Origin: Nitrospinota bacterium
GTDB taxonomy: Bacteria; Nitrospinota; Nitrospinia; Nitrospinales; VA-1
Assembly: GCA_027619975.1 (NCBI GenBank)
Contig: JAQCGX010000004.1
Location: forward strand, 25,508 to 89,507
DNA: 64,000 bases
Direction: 5' to 3'
A program made the position numbers and the translations under genes. Each line of letters begins with the position of its first letter. Position 1 is the first letter of the stretch. The notes beneath the pieces are model-generated. The model saw only the letters and a list, made by a program, of their open reading frames with translations, was not told where the DNA came from and searched no databases. Of the stretch, positions 35,831 to 44,616 are shown piece after piece.

Positions 35831-36355
35831 ATGATGGACTTCACGCATGTAAAATATGGCATTTTCATTGCGATGGTTGCAATATTATTTGGCGGTTTTC
35901 TGGGGCTTTCGTTTGGATGTTGCGAGGATGATGTAAAAGGTTACTTGAACGCCGAAGCAGATGCCGTGTCCATTGAAAAATATGAAGGGAAACAGGACAA
36001 AAAAGATAAGGTAGTGAGTAAGTCCTGGGTCTATATGAAAAGGGCTCACCTGCATTCTCAAACCATGGGCGTGATCGCCATCGCCTTTTCCTTGCTGATG
36101 GCCTGGCTCAATTTCCATCCCAAGATTCAATTGGGTGTTTCCCTTCTCAGTGGGTTGGGAAGTCTGGGGTACGGTGCGTTCTGGTTATTGTCCGCCGCTT
36201 TGGCTCCGGGGATGGGTTCCACTCACGCGGCCAAAGAAGCGGTGGGGCTGATTGCTCAGGCTTCGGGGGGAGCATTTTTCGTGGCGGGAGTCACGTTGTT
36301 CGTCGTTTTGTCTTGTAGAATATTTGCCTGCAAACAGACGGACAACCCTCTCTAA
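35831..36355 (+). CDS. hypothetical integral membrane protein (about 4 TM)
   Basis: 174-aa ORF with hydrophobic segments FIAMVAILFGGFLGLSF, VIAIAFSLLMAWL, LLSGLGSLGYGAFWLLSAAL and GGAFFVAGVTLFVVL. Confidence 0.6.
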   Translation: MMDFTHVKYGIFIAMVAILFGGFLGLSFGCCEDDVKGYLNAEADAVSIEKYEGKQDKKDKVVSKSWVYMKRAHLHSQTMGVIAIAFSLLMAWLNFHPKIQLGVSLLSGLGSLGYGAFWLLSAALAPGMGSTHAAKEAVGLIAQASGGAFFVAGVTLFVVLSCRIFACKQTDNPL

Positions 36356-36389
36356 ATAAAATTTTAAACTTTTTCGGCAAATAAAATCT

Positions 36390-37406
36390 ATGAATTATGA
36401 CCTGGTAGGAATCGGCAATGCGTTGGTGGACATTGAAGTTCATGTAGAGGATGCCTTTATTGAAGAAAAATCCCTGATTAAAGGGGGAATGAAGTTATCC
36501 ACGGCTGAGGAACAAACCGAGATGTTAAACGCACTTTCAGAGAAACCGACAAAGATTGCCTCCGGCGGATCGGCGGCCAACACCGTTCACGGCATCAGCG
36601 TCCTGGGAAGCAGTGGTTACTATCTGGGTCGGGTCGCCAACGACAACTACGGCCAGAATTACACGGAGGACATGAGGATATGCGGGGTCGGCTTCCCCGG
36701 TATCGGTGCAGACACCCACGGAACCGGAACCTGTGTCGTCATGATCACTCCCGATACAGAGCGCACCATGCTCACGCACCTGGGAATTTCTTCGTCCCTG
36801 CATTCCGACAATGTGGATGAAACCATCGTCCGCAATGCCAAAATGGTATATATTGAGGGCTATTTATGGACAGGGGAAGAAACCCGAAACGCCGCCTTGA
36901 AAATGGCTGAAATCGCGAAGTCAGACGGTATCCCCGTAGCCTTTACCCTGAGCGATGCATTTGTGGTTAACACCTTTAAAGAAAGCTTGATCGACTTCAT
37001 CCGCTGGAACGTCAATATTCTTTTCTGTAACGAAGTGGAGGCGCTGGCCATGACAGGCGCCGCTAATCACGAATCCGCGTTCGAGACTCTCAGGGGAATG
37101 GCAGACACCGTATTCATGACGCTTGGGTCTAAGGGTTCCTGGGCTGGAAACAATCAAACGAAAGAAATTGTTGGGGTCTTCCCCACCACTCCTGTGGACA
37201 CAACCGGAGCCGGAGACTTGTATGCCGCCGGTGCGCTCCATGGAATAACCAAAGACTACAGCCTGAAAGAATCCGCTATTCTCGGCGCTTATTGCGCCGC
37301 TCAAGTGGTTTCGCATATGGGACCGCGCATGCCGGTACATTCCCACACAGATGCTACTAAAATCCTGAACGAATACTCAATTATCGAGAAAAAAAGTAAT
37401 GCCTGA
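36390..37406 (+). CDS. PfkB-family kinase, adenosine kinase-like
   Basis: 338 aa. N-terminal VGIGNALVDI and C-terminal DTTGAGDLYAAG PfkB signature. Confidence 0.8.
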   Translation: MNYDLVGIGNALVDIEVHVEDAFIEEKSLIKGGMKLSTAEEQTEMLNALSEKPTKIASGGSAANTVHGISVLGSSGYYLGRVANDNYGQNYTEDMRICGVGFPGIGADTHGTGTCVVMITPDTERTMLTHLGISSSLHSDNVDETIVRNAKMVYIEGYLWTGEETRNAALKMAEIAKSDGIPVAFTLSDAFVVNTFKESLIDFIRWNVNILFCNEVEALAMTGAANHESAFETLRGMADTVFMTLGSKGSWAGNNQTKEIVGVFPTTPVDTTGAGDLYAAGALHGITKDYSLKESAILGAYCAAQVVSHMGPRMPVHSHTDATKILNEYSIIEKKSNA

Positions 37407-37694
37407 CCATTGTCGGGCCTGTCAGTCCTTTGAAATACTATTTAACCTGGAAATTTCTGATAAGACTCATTATTGCAAGTTCTTCGGTCCTTAACAATCT
37501 CTCATCCAGCGGGTAAAAATTTTTAATTCAAAATATTAGAAACTGAAACTGGTATTTTTTGCAGTTCGAGTTATACTTTTTTCGGGAGGGTGGTAAACTG
37601 AGTTTCGCCAATCCAACGTATTGACCTGACCTCAATAACCCGCCCATATCACCTTGGTCATAAAAACCACCAAAGTCTTCAAAGGAGGAATAAT

Positions 37695-38006
37695 ATGAAA
37701 CAATCGTTACAAAATTTAGGGACCCTTCTGATATTTTTATTACTAGTCGGATGTGGAACTAATGGAAAAGATTTTTCCAGCGACAAGGTACAGAACATTC
37801 AAAACAACGTGACCACCCAGTCCGAAATTCTGGATTGGTTTGGGGTCCCGTTTAAAGAGGGCATCGAAAACACGCACACCATGTGGACCTACCAGTTGGA
37901 CAAGTGGTACGCATTGGCTGAGACCAAGTCCAAAGATCTGGTGATTTTGTTTGATGAAAAAAATATTGTCAAAGCTTACCGGTTTACATCCAGCATCGAC
38001 GAATAG
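37695..38006 (+). CDS. lipoprotein, BamE/SmpA_OmlA-like
   Basis: 103 aa. Lipobox LLLVGC, then KVQNIQNNVTTQSEILDWFGVPF, which resembles the SmpA/OmlA fold signature. Confidence 0.55.
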   Translation: MKQSLQNLGTLLIFLLLVGCGTNGKDFSSDKVQNIQNNVTTQSEILDWFGVPFKEGIENTHTMWTYQLDKWYALAETKSKDLVILFDEKNIVKAYRFTSSIDE

Positions 38007-38057
38007 CCAGGGACATCGGATGGAAGCCCCTCTTTATTTTCCCTTTGCTGGATACAA

Positions 38058-38702
38058 ATGAACCAAATCTCGCTCATCGTTTATGATTTCGACGGCACCC
38101 TGGTCGATACTCTGGACGACATCGCCCTTTCCGTCAATCTTGCCCTCACCGAACTGGGGCAACGCCCCCTGGAGCAGGAAGTTATCAGGACCTGCGTTGG
38201 CAGTGGGGTGTTCATGCTGATGACCCGTGCGCTGAGCGGCACGGGATGGGACGATATCGACAAGGCGGTTGCCGTTTTTCGTAAGCATTACGCCAACCAC
38301 CTGATGGATCACAGCGATTTTTATCCCAACAGTCGGGACATGATCGAGTATTTTTCCAACAGGAAACAAGCCATCTGTTCCAACAAGCCTGAAGATTTTG
38401 TAAGAAAAATTCTCGAAAATCTCAACTGTCTGCATCCCTTTGAATCCATCATCGGCGGGGACAGCTTCAAGACGCGCAAACCGGACCCTGAAGGCATCAA
38501 CCATCTATTGAAAAAGCACAACCTGTCTCCTCGGGAAGTGCTGATGGTGGGCGACAGCGCCCTGGATATTGAAGCCGGAAAAAACGCCAACGTGCGGACC
38601 TGCGCCGTCACCTATGGCATGGGTGATCTTAAAGCCCTGCACGCGCTTAAACCCGACTGGACCATCGATGACATTTCAGAATTGAAAAACCTGGTGGGTT
38701 AA
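38058..38702 (+). CDS. HAD-family hydrolase, phosphoglycolate phosphatase-like
   Basis: 214 aa. Motif I VYDFDGTLVDT, motif III/IV ...MVGDSALDIEAGKNAN. Confidence 0.8.
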   Translation: MNQISLIVYDFDGTLVDTLDDIALSVNLALTELGQRPLEQEVIRTCVGSGVFMLMTRALSGTGWDDIDKAVAVFRKHYANHLMDHSDFYPNSRDMIEYFSNRKQAICSNKPEDFVRKILENLNCLHPFESIIGGDSFKTRKPDPEGINHLLKKHNLSPREVLMVGDSALDIEAGKNANVRTCAVTYGMGDLKALHALKPDWTIDDISELKNLVG

Positions 38703-38739
38703 CCGCACACATCCTTCAGGCTGCACCTGATAACGTGGT

Positions 38740-40317
38740 TTAGTACATATCCCAATCGCCCTTACGGTAATATTTGAGAAGAATGTGGTTGAACTGGGTA
38801 TTTACCTCGACGCCCGCAGACCGTTCGAACAGACCTTTACCGAAATGGGTCATGGAAGTCATTGCCTCGCGGTTTAAAAACCGCGTCTCCAACCCGGAAA
38901 ATTCTAGGCGCAGTAAATTTTCCTTGAGCCGATCCGCGCTCATCGCCTCGTTCTTCACTCCCAGGTTCCAGCCCCACTCCCCCATCGTCGGGATAGCGTT
39001 TTGATAAGGAACCACCGAAAACCCCGCGGCTTCCATACTTTTTTTGATACATAAAAATGCTTCTGGAGAATACAGAGGGCTGGTGCTCTGGGTCACCAGC
39101 ACGCCAAAAGGTTTCAAATGCTTATTCGCAAGTTTATAGAATCCCAACGAGTACAAAAGAGAAAGGGAGACGGATTTCGGATCGGGCAGGTCCACAATGA
39201 TGGCGTCATAAAGTTTTACGGAATTATTAATGAACTGGTAGGCATCCTGATTGATAATTTCCACCCGAGGATCGTTGAACGACCCCTTGTTGACCTTAAG
39301 AAAAATCTCATTTGACTTTGCAAGCCGGGTCATGGCCGGGTCCAGATCGACAACCGTGATTTTTTCGACATCGGGGTATTTCAACAATTCCCGCGCCGCC
39401 AGCCCGTCCCCGCCTCCCAGAACCAGGATGTCTCTGCGCTCTTTCAGTAGACTGACCGCAGGATGAATCAACGGCTCATGGTAACGGTGTTCATCATAAG
39501 TGCTGAACTGGATACTGCCGTTCAAAAACAGCCAGTGGTCGTCCTTCCATTGAGTGACAACGATTTTCTGGTAACGGGTCTGTTCCTCATAAATAATTTT
39601 ATCTTTGTACTTGTGCTGTTCGCCATAAAGGATGATGGGTTTGGCGAAATAAGCCGCGCCGGCGATGACAACGAGCAGGGCTGAAAAAATGACCTGTAGA
39701 GTTTTAGCCCATTTGAGCAATCCAGAAAATTTCCACAGGATCATTCCCGCTACCAGCAGGTTGAGGCCTCCCAGAAGAACAGGCGTGTAGGTCAGCCCTA
39801 AAAACGGCAAAAGCACGAAGGCAAACAACGCCCCTCCCGCCAGCGACCCGTAATAGTCAAACTCCATCACCGAAGAAATGTTGACCCTGAGCGGTTCGTG
39901 TTTTTCATTGATCCTGGTGACCAATGGAATTTCAAGTCCGGTCAAAAACCCAATCAGACAGGCGACGCCATAAATCACCAGCCCATTGTGAACGGTGAAG
40001 GCGGCGATCCAGAAAGAAAAAATTGCCGAAAAGGTGCAAAATAATGACAGGCCAAATTCAGCGCAGACATAACGGTCCAGAAGATTTTCTGATAATTTTC
40101 GACTTTGGCGGCTCCCGAGTCCCATGGAAAACAGCATGAGGGAAATGACTGCGGTCCATTGAAAAATGGTGTTGCCAAGCAGGTAACTGGCCAGGGTGGC
40201 CAGTGTGTATTCCGTCACCATCGCCGCGCAACCGGTGGCGAACATACAAATTTTCAGAATCAGGCTCAGTTGCGAGCGAGAGGCCTCAGGAGAATGGTTG
40301 GTCGTCGTGGATTGCAT
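38740..40317 (-). CDS. membrane-bound polyamine aminopropyltransferase (spermidine synthase-like)
   Basis: 525 aa. About 7 N-terminal TM helices, then the SpeE core (VLGGGDGLAARELLKY...VDLDP...IIVDLPDP). Confidence 0.8.
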   Translation of the reverse strand: MQSTTTNHSPEASRSQLSLILKICMFATGCAAMVTEYTLATLASYLLGNTIFQWTAVISLMLFSMGLGSRQSRKLSENLLDRYVCAEFGLSLFCTFSAIFSFWIAAFTVHNGLVIYGVACLIGFLTGLEIPLVTRINEKHEPLRVNISSVMEFDYYGSLAGGALFAFVLLPFLGLTYTPVLLGGLNLLVAGMILWKFSGLLKWAKTLQVIFSALLVVIAGAAYFAKPIILYGEQHKYKDKIIYEEQTRYQKIVVTQWKDDHWLFLNGSIQFSTYDEHRYHEPLIHPAVSLLKERRDILVLGGGDGLAARELLKYPDVEKITVVDLDPAMTRLAKSNEIFLKVNKGSFNDPRVEIINQDAYQFINNSVKLYDAIIVDLPDPKSVSLSLLYSLGFYKLANKHLKPFGVLVTQSTSPLYSPEAFLCIKKSMEAAGFSVVPYQNAIPTMGEWGWNLGVKNEAMSADRLKENLLRLEFSGLETRFLNREAMTSMTHFGKGLFERSAGVEVNTQFNHILLKYYRKGDWDMY

Positions 40318-40348
40318 GCAAAACCGGGAGAATACTAAGGGGCGTGGG

Positions 40349-41194
40349 TTACAGACACCAGATAATCAAAAAAGAGGAACCGATGTAGGACACGGCTTCC
40401 AGGTAGGCGGCGCCCACATTGGGCTTTTCCTGATTCACCAGTTCATCCGCCAGCCTGCGACTGGGCAAAAGCACCCGGTCGGTGATCATCCTTGCGGCGG
40501 GTAAGAGCAGGAGGCCTAAAAAAACAAACCAGATAAAAGTCATGAGATTGCTTTCCCAGGAGACAAAATTTTCCGCCGAAGCGGCGCGCATCAGATTGCC
40601 GATGGCGATCAAGGCTCCGGCAAAACCCACACCCACCGCGACGTTATCCTTTTCTATATGTTCGTGGATATCGTAATGCGTGATCAGGTTGTAATAGTGG
40701 CCGATCAACACCAGGATGCCCTGACCCAACGCCCAGAAAACCAGGGCGGTGTAGATATTGCCCCCGGTCCCGTACACGGCTCCGAAAATATTCAATCCGG
40801 AAGCAACAAATATCGCAAACTCCACCACTCCGGTGCCGCAGTTTTGGTCATCCAGAATTTCTTTGCGAATGTTAAACTTGTAAAGAATGAAGCGATCGTT
40901 GATCCAGGCGGATATATTGAGCAGGAAAATGGCGAGCGGTCCGTAGACCAGTAAGTCGATCAGATCCTCAACCAAGCCCGCCGAAGGGCCTGCAATCACC
41001 CCGCCAATGGCCAGGATCAAGCCCAGGTAATAACCACCCATGACCAGGGCGAGCGCGGCGTTGTCCTCTTCAACTAACTCGTGCGGGATGTTGTACCCCA
41101 CCCGACACAGGCGGAATACGCCGTGCCCAATGGCTAAGAGCACCAGGCAGGCGAGCAAATAAATAACAGAGGTTAATAAATTATCCAGCCACAT
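40349..41194 (-). CDS. DUF350 (YjfL-like) membrane protein, duplicated domain
   Basis: 281 aa, polytopic, with two similar halves carrying Gly-rich helices (…LGLILAIGGVIAGP… and …VGVGFAGALIAIGNLM…). Family assignment is from memory. Confidence 0.55.
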   Translation of the reverse strand: MWLDNLLTSVIYLLACLVLLAIGHGVFRLCRVGYNIPHELVEEDNAALALVMGGYYLGLILAIGGVIAGPSAGLVEDLIDLLVYGPLAIFLLNISAWINDRFILYKFNIRKEILDDQNCGTGVVEFAIFVASGLNIFGAVYGTGGNIYTALVFWALGQGILVLIGHYYNLITHYDIHEHIEKDNVAVGVGFAGALIAIGNLMRAASAENFVSWESNLMTFIWFVFLGLLLLPAARMITDRVLLPSRRLADELVNQEKPNVGAAYLEAVSYIGSSFLIIWCL

Positions 41195-41244
41195 TGTTAT
41201 GCGGACCTATAAAAATTGATGTTTTTTGACTTCTGCAATCGCCC

Positions 41245-41958
41245 TCATTTCCCAAAACTCATTCCCCGGCTTCGAAAAGAACTTTTGCTTCTGCCCACCC
41301 TTTGGTTGATCTTGTTTTTGAATCGGCTTTGCGACTGACTCATTTTCGCCGACTTGCGTGCATAAAAATCCGGTTTTTGTGTTTTAGTCACCGACCCGTT
41401 GGTTCCATACTGATTATTACTACCGAAATAAGGTCGCCCCCCGGATAGGTTGGTGGCATAATTATTATAATGGTTGCGGTTCATCCCGAACCCCGCCCAG
41501 TTCATCACCTGAGACATAAGCATGTATTTTCCGTAAAACTCCCACATGCTGCCGCCGCTCTCATCTTGCCGCCAACGACCGTATTCAGGATTGCCCACGT
41601 ATTGATAGCCATTGGGAATGGGTGTGTTGGTCGCCTTACCGTCAGGGGTCTTCGTTGCCAGGGCCATCCCAAGATACGGCTCGTTTTTTTTGTAGAAGGG
41701 TTCCGTCACTTCCACAAAGGGACCGACTTCCTTAGTCTCGCCCTTATCGATGCGGTATTGATGATAATAGGACGGTACAAAATTTCCTTCTTCCCGCATA
41801 TCATTCAAAATAATGGCATACTCTTTTTCAGCCGCGAGTTCCTTTTGCAGTTTTTCCACCGGATTGCTGAACCCGCCGCAACCCGCAAAGGTCAGCGCCG
41901 CAAACAAGCATAGGATGAATGCTAAAAAGATCCGAGCTGGGAAATGATGAGTTCTCAT
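41245..41958 (-). CDS. lipoprotein, G/N/Y-rich with basic tail (YjfM/DUF1190-position)
   Basis: The start is taken at ATG 41958 (MRTHHFPARIFLAFILCLFAALTFAGCGG, with a lipobox). The 96-codon upstream extension in the track has no support. Confidence 0.55.
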   Translation of the reverse strand: MRTHHFPARIFLAFILCLFAALTFAGCGGFSNPVEKLQKELAAEKEYAIILNDMREEGNFVPSYYHQYRIDKGETKEVGPFVEVTEPFYKKNEPYLGMALATKTPDGKATNTPIPNGYQYVGNPEYGRWRQDESGGSMWEFYGKYMLMSQVMNWAGFGMNRNHYNNYATNLSGGRPYFGSNNQYGTNGSVTKTQKPDFYARKSAKMSQSQSRFKNKINQRVGRSKSSFRSRGMSFGK

Positions 41959-42201
41959 GGATGATAATGAATGGGTTGCAAATTGGTATAGGTAGGAAAT
42001 GCTACCACTAGTTACACTATATAAGAAGAAAAACCATGTCAACCTGGAATCAACGACCTCGCCGCAAGCAGACGGGGACTCCGACAATGTATCCAAGACA
42101 CTCCAAAAACAAATACTATGCTTTTTTTGCCAGGGGAACTCGTTATAATGAGCTGTTTCATTTTTAACATATCCCATAATAACCGATTTCTTTAATTCAG
42201 A

Positions 42202-43302
42202 ATGAATCCATTGATTTGGAAACGCATCAAGCGCTTGCTTCTCCACCGCGAGCTCCGATATCCCCTCACTCTTATATTAATACTTCTGGGAATGATCCTC
42301 ATCTTTGCGACGGTCTTTTCCCTGTTTGAAGAAGGCGCCAGCTTTACCGACGGGCTGTGGACCGCTTACATCACGGTGACCACCATCGGCTACGGTGATT
42401 TTTCCGCGCAAACCCCGCAAGGAAGAGTGATCACTGTACTCACATCTTTATTCGGAATCGGGTGCTTTGCGGTATTCACCGGTATCATTGTTGAGAAGGC
42501 TCTTCAAAGGAGGATGAAAAAAGTGAAAGGCGAAGGACAATACACGCGAGAAGGCCATCTGGTGATTGTGAATGTTCCGGCTTACGATGAAATCCTGGAG
42601 TTAATGAATGAACTGGACCTCAGCCCCGACTTGAAGGAAATTCCACGCGTGGTTTTGGCGGAATCTCTTCCTGGGGGCGACAAGGAAATTCCAGATTTTC
42701 TCTCCAGCAGGATCGACGGCTTCATCATGGGGCTTCCAGCGTCGGGAGAAACTTTGGGTCGAGTCAATATCGGAAAGGCAAAAGCCTGCCTGATCATGTC
42801 GTCTCCCCATGACCCGAAGCTGGACGACACCAACACGCTGACTGCTGGACTCATCGAAAAAATCTGTCCGCAGGTGATCACCATCATCGCCTGTAGCCGA
42901 CCGGAGACGATGAAAAACTTGAAGGCCTTCAATATCGATGGCGGCATCAATGCCACCGAATTGAACGTGGGATTGCTGGTTCAGGAACTGGAAGACCCCG
43001 GCGTGTTTGAGGTCTACAGTCAATTGTCATCCAACGCGGGAGGCAGCCAGATCTACATCAGCCGAACGCCGATGGGAAACTGGGACGGAGATATCAATCA
43101 GCTCACAATCCGGCAAATAAAAATCTCAGCGATTCATCTGGACCTGCCGACGGAGATTATCGGCATCAAGCGCGAATCCAATGAACAATTATTGCTCAAC
43201 CCTGCAAACGATGAGCGGATGCTGCCAACCGACCGGCTGGTTTATGTCGCAAAACAACGGTTTGACTGGCAGAAAAAAAGTGCGGAAATTTTAAACGCAT
43301 AA
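42202..43302 (+). CDS. potassium channel protein (2-TM pore plus cytoplasmic RCK-like domain)
   Basis: 366 aa with the selectivity filter TVTTIGYGD between two TM helices. Confidence 0.8.
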   Translation: MNPLIWKRIKRLLLHRELRYPLTLILILLGMILIFATVFSLFEEGASFTDGLWTAYITVTTIGYGDFSAQTPQGRVITVLTSLFGIGCFAVFTGIIVEKALQRRMKKVKGEGQYTREGHLVIVNVPAYDEILELMNELDLSPDLKEIPRVVLAESLPGGDKEIPDFLSSRIDGFIMGLPASGETLGRVNIGKAKACLIMSSPHDPKLDDTNTLTAGLIEKICPQVITIIACSRPETMKNLKAFNIDGGINATELNVGLLVQELEDPGVFEVYSQLSSNAGGSQIYISRTPMGNWDGDINQLTIRQIKISAIHLDLPTEIIGIKRESNEQLLLNPANDERMLPTDRLVYVAKQRFDWQKKSAEILNA

Positions 43303-43332
43303 ATTAACTGACGACCCCATTAATTCATCTCT

Positions 43333-44589
43333 ATGGATTCCTTTCGCTTCATTCATTGTTCCGACCTGCACATCGACAGCCCGTTCAAGGGCCTTTCCTC
43401 TGAAAAACCCGATCTGGCGAATAGGCTTCGGGCCTCCACCTCCCAAGCATTTCAGAACATCGTTGATCTTGCGATCCACGAAAAGGTCGATGCTGTGGTC
43501 ATCGCCGGCGATATTTACGACGGAGCCGATAAAAGCCTGCAGGCGCAATTTAAATTCCGTAAAGGGTTGCAGCAACTTTCCGATGCGGGAATCCCCTCTT
43601 TTCTGGCGCACGGCAATCATGATCCGCTGGACAGTCGCTTCGCCACGTTAAAATGGCCGGACCTTGTGACGGTCTTTTCCGGCAAAGCAGTGGAATGCCA
43701 CAACCTCCAACGGGATGGAAAACCCCTCGCCCAGATTCATGGCATCAGCTACCCCACCCGTGACGTTAAAAAAAATCTGGCGGTGCAATTTGCAAGGCAT
43801 TCCGACGCAGGATTCGCCATCGGCGTTTTGCACACCAATGTCGGCAGCAACCCCGATCACGGCGATTACGCCCCCTGCTCAATAGAAGACCTCGTTGCAG
43901 GAAACATGGATTATTGGGCCCTTGGCCATATCCATAGCTACCAAGTGCTTCGCGACAGCGATCCGGCCATCGTTTATTCGGGCAACACTCAGGCGCGGCA
44001 CAAAAACGAAACCGGAGTCAAAGGGTGTTGCCTGGTAACTCTGCACCCGAATTCATCGCCTGAGATTAAGTTCGTTCCCGTGGACAGTGTGCGTTTTATC
44101 TGCGAGTCTGTGGATTTGAGTGCGGCCCGGGATTTGGATGACGTGATTCAATGCGTTCAATCCCGGTGCGAGGAAATTTCAGCCAGGGCTGAGGGGCGCG
44201 ATACGCTGATCCACCTGACCTTGAACGGGCGCACCGAGGCCCACGAGGAACTCCAGCGAGGAAACAACGCCGAAGACCTGACCGAACAAATCCAATCGGG
44301 TTGTGAAGGCAAAACCCCTGCACTCTGGGTGACTCTCGCATTCCAGACCCAGGGAACCTACGATGTGGAGGCTCTGAGACAGGGCAACGATTTCATTGCC
44401 GACCTGCTCGCGCTTTATGACAAGGCGGACGAGGCGAAGGAAACCGAAGCGTTAAAACAAGCTCTCTCACCTCTTTATGAGAACTGGGCGGGAAGCAAAT
44501 ATCTGGAGGAAATTTCCCCCGAAGACCTTCAGAATCTGATACTCCGGGCGCGCAACCTCACTCTCGACCAACTGGTGGAGGAGAAATGA
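43333..44589 (+). CDS. metallophosphoesterase, SbcD/YhaO-like DNA repair exonuclease
   Basis: 418 aa. FIHCSDLHID, VVIAGDIYDG and AHGNHDP calcineurin-like motifs. Confidence 0.8.
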   Translation: MDSFRFIHCSDLHIDSPFKGLSSEKPDLANRLRASTSQAFQNIVDLAIHEKVDAVVIAGDIYDGADKSLQAQFKFRKGLQQLSDAGIPSFLAHGNHDPLDSRFATLKWPDLVTVFSGKAVECHNLQRDGKPLAQIHGISYPTRDVKKNLAVQFARHSDAGFAIGVLHTNVGSNPDHGDYAPCSIEDLVAGNMDYWALGHIHSYQVLRDSDPAIVYSGNTQARHKNETGVKGCCLVTLHPNSSPEIKFVPVDSVRFICESVDLSAARDLDDVIQCVQSRCEEISARAEGRDTLIHLTLNGRTEAHEELQRGNNAEDLTEQIQSGCEGKTPALWVTLAFQTQGTYDVEALRQGNDFIADLLALYDKADEAKETEALKQALSPLYENWAGSKYLEEISPEDLQNLILRARNLTLDQLVEEK

Positions 44590-44616
44590 TTCAACCGTAC
44601 AACGCATCCATACCGC

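Noticed and set aside
41959-42246. 96-codon N-terminal extension of the lipoprotein ORF
   Set aside because: The signal peptide and lipobox begin at Met-97. The extension overlaps the divergent K+ channel start region.
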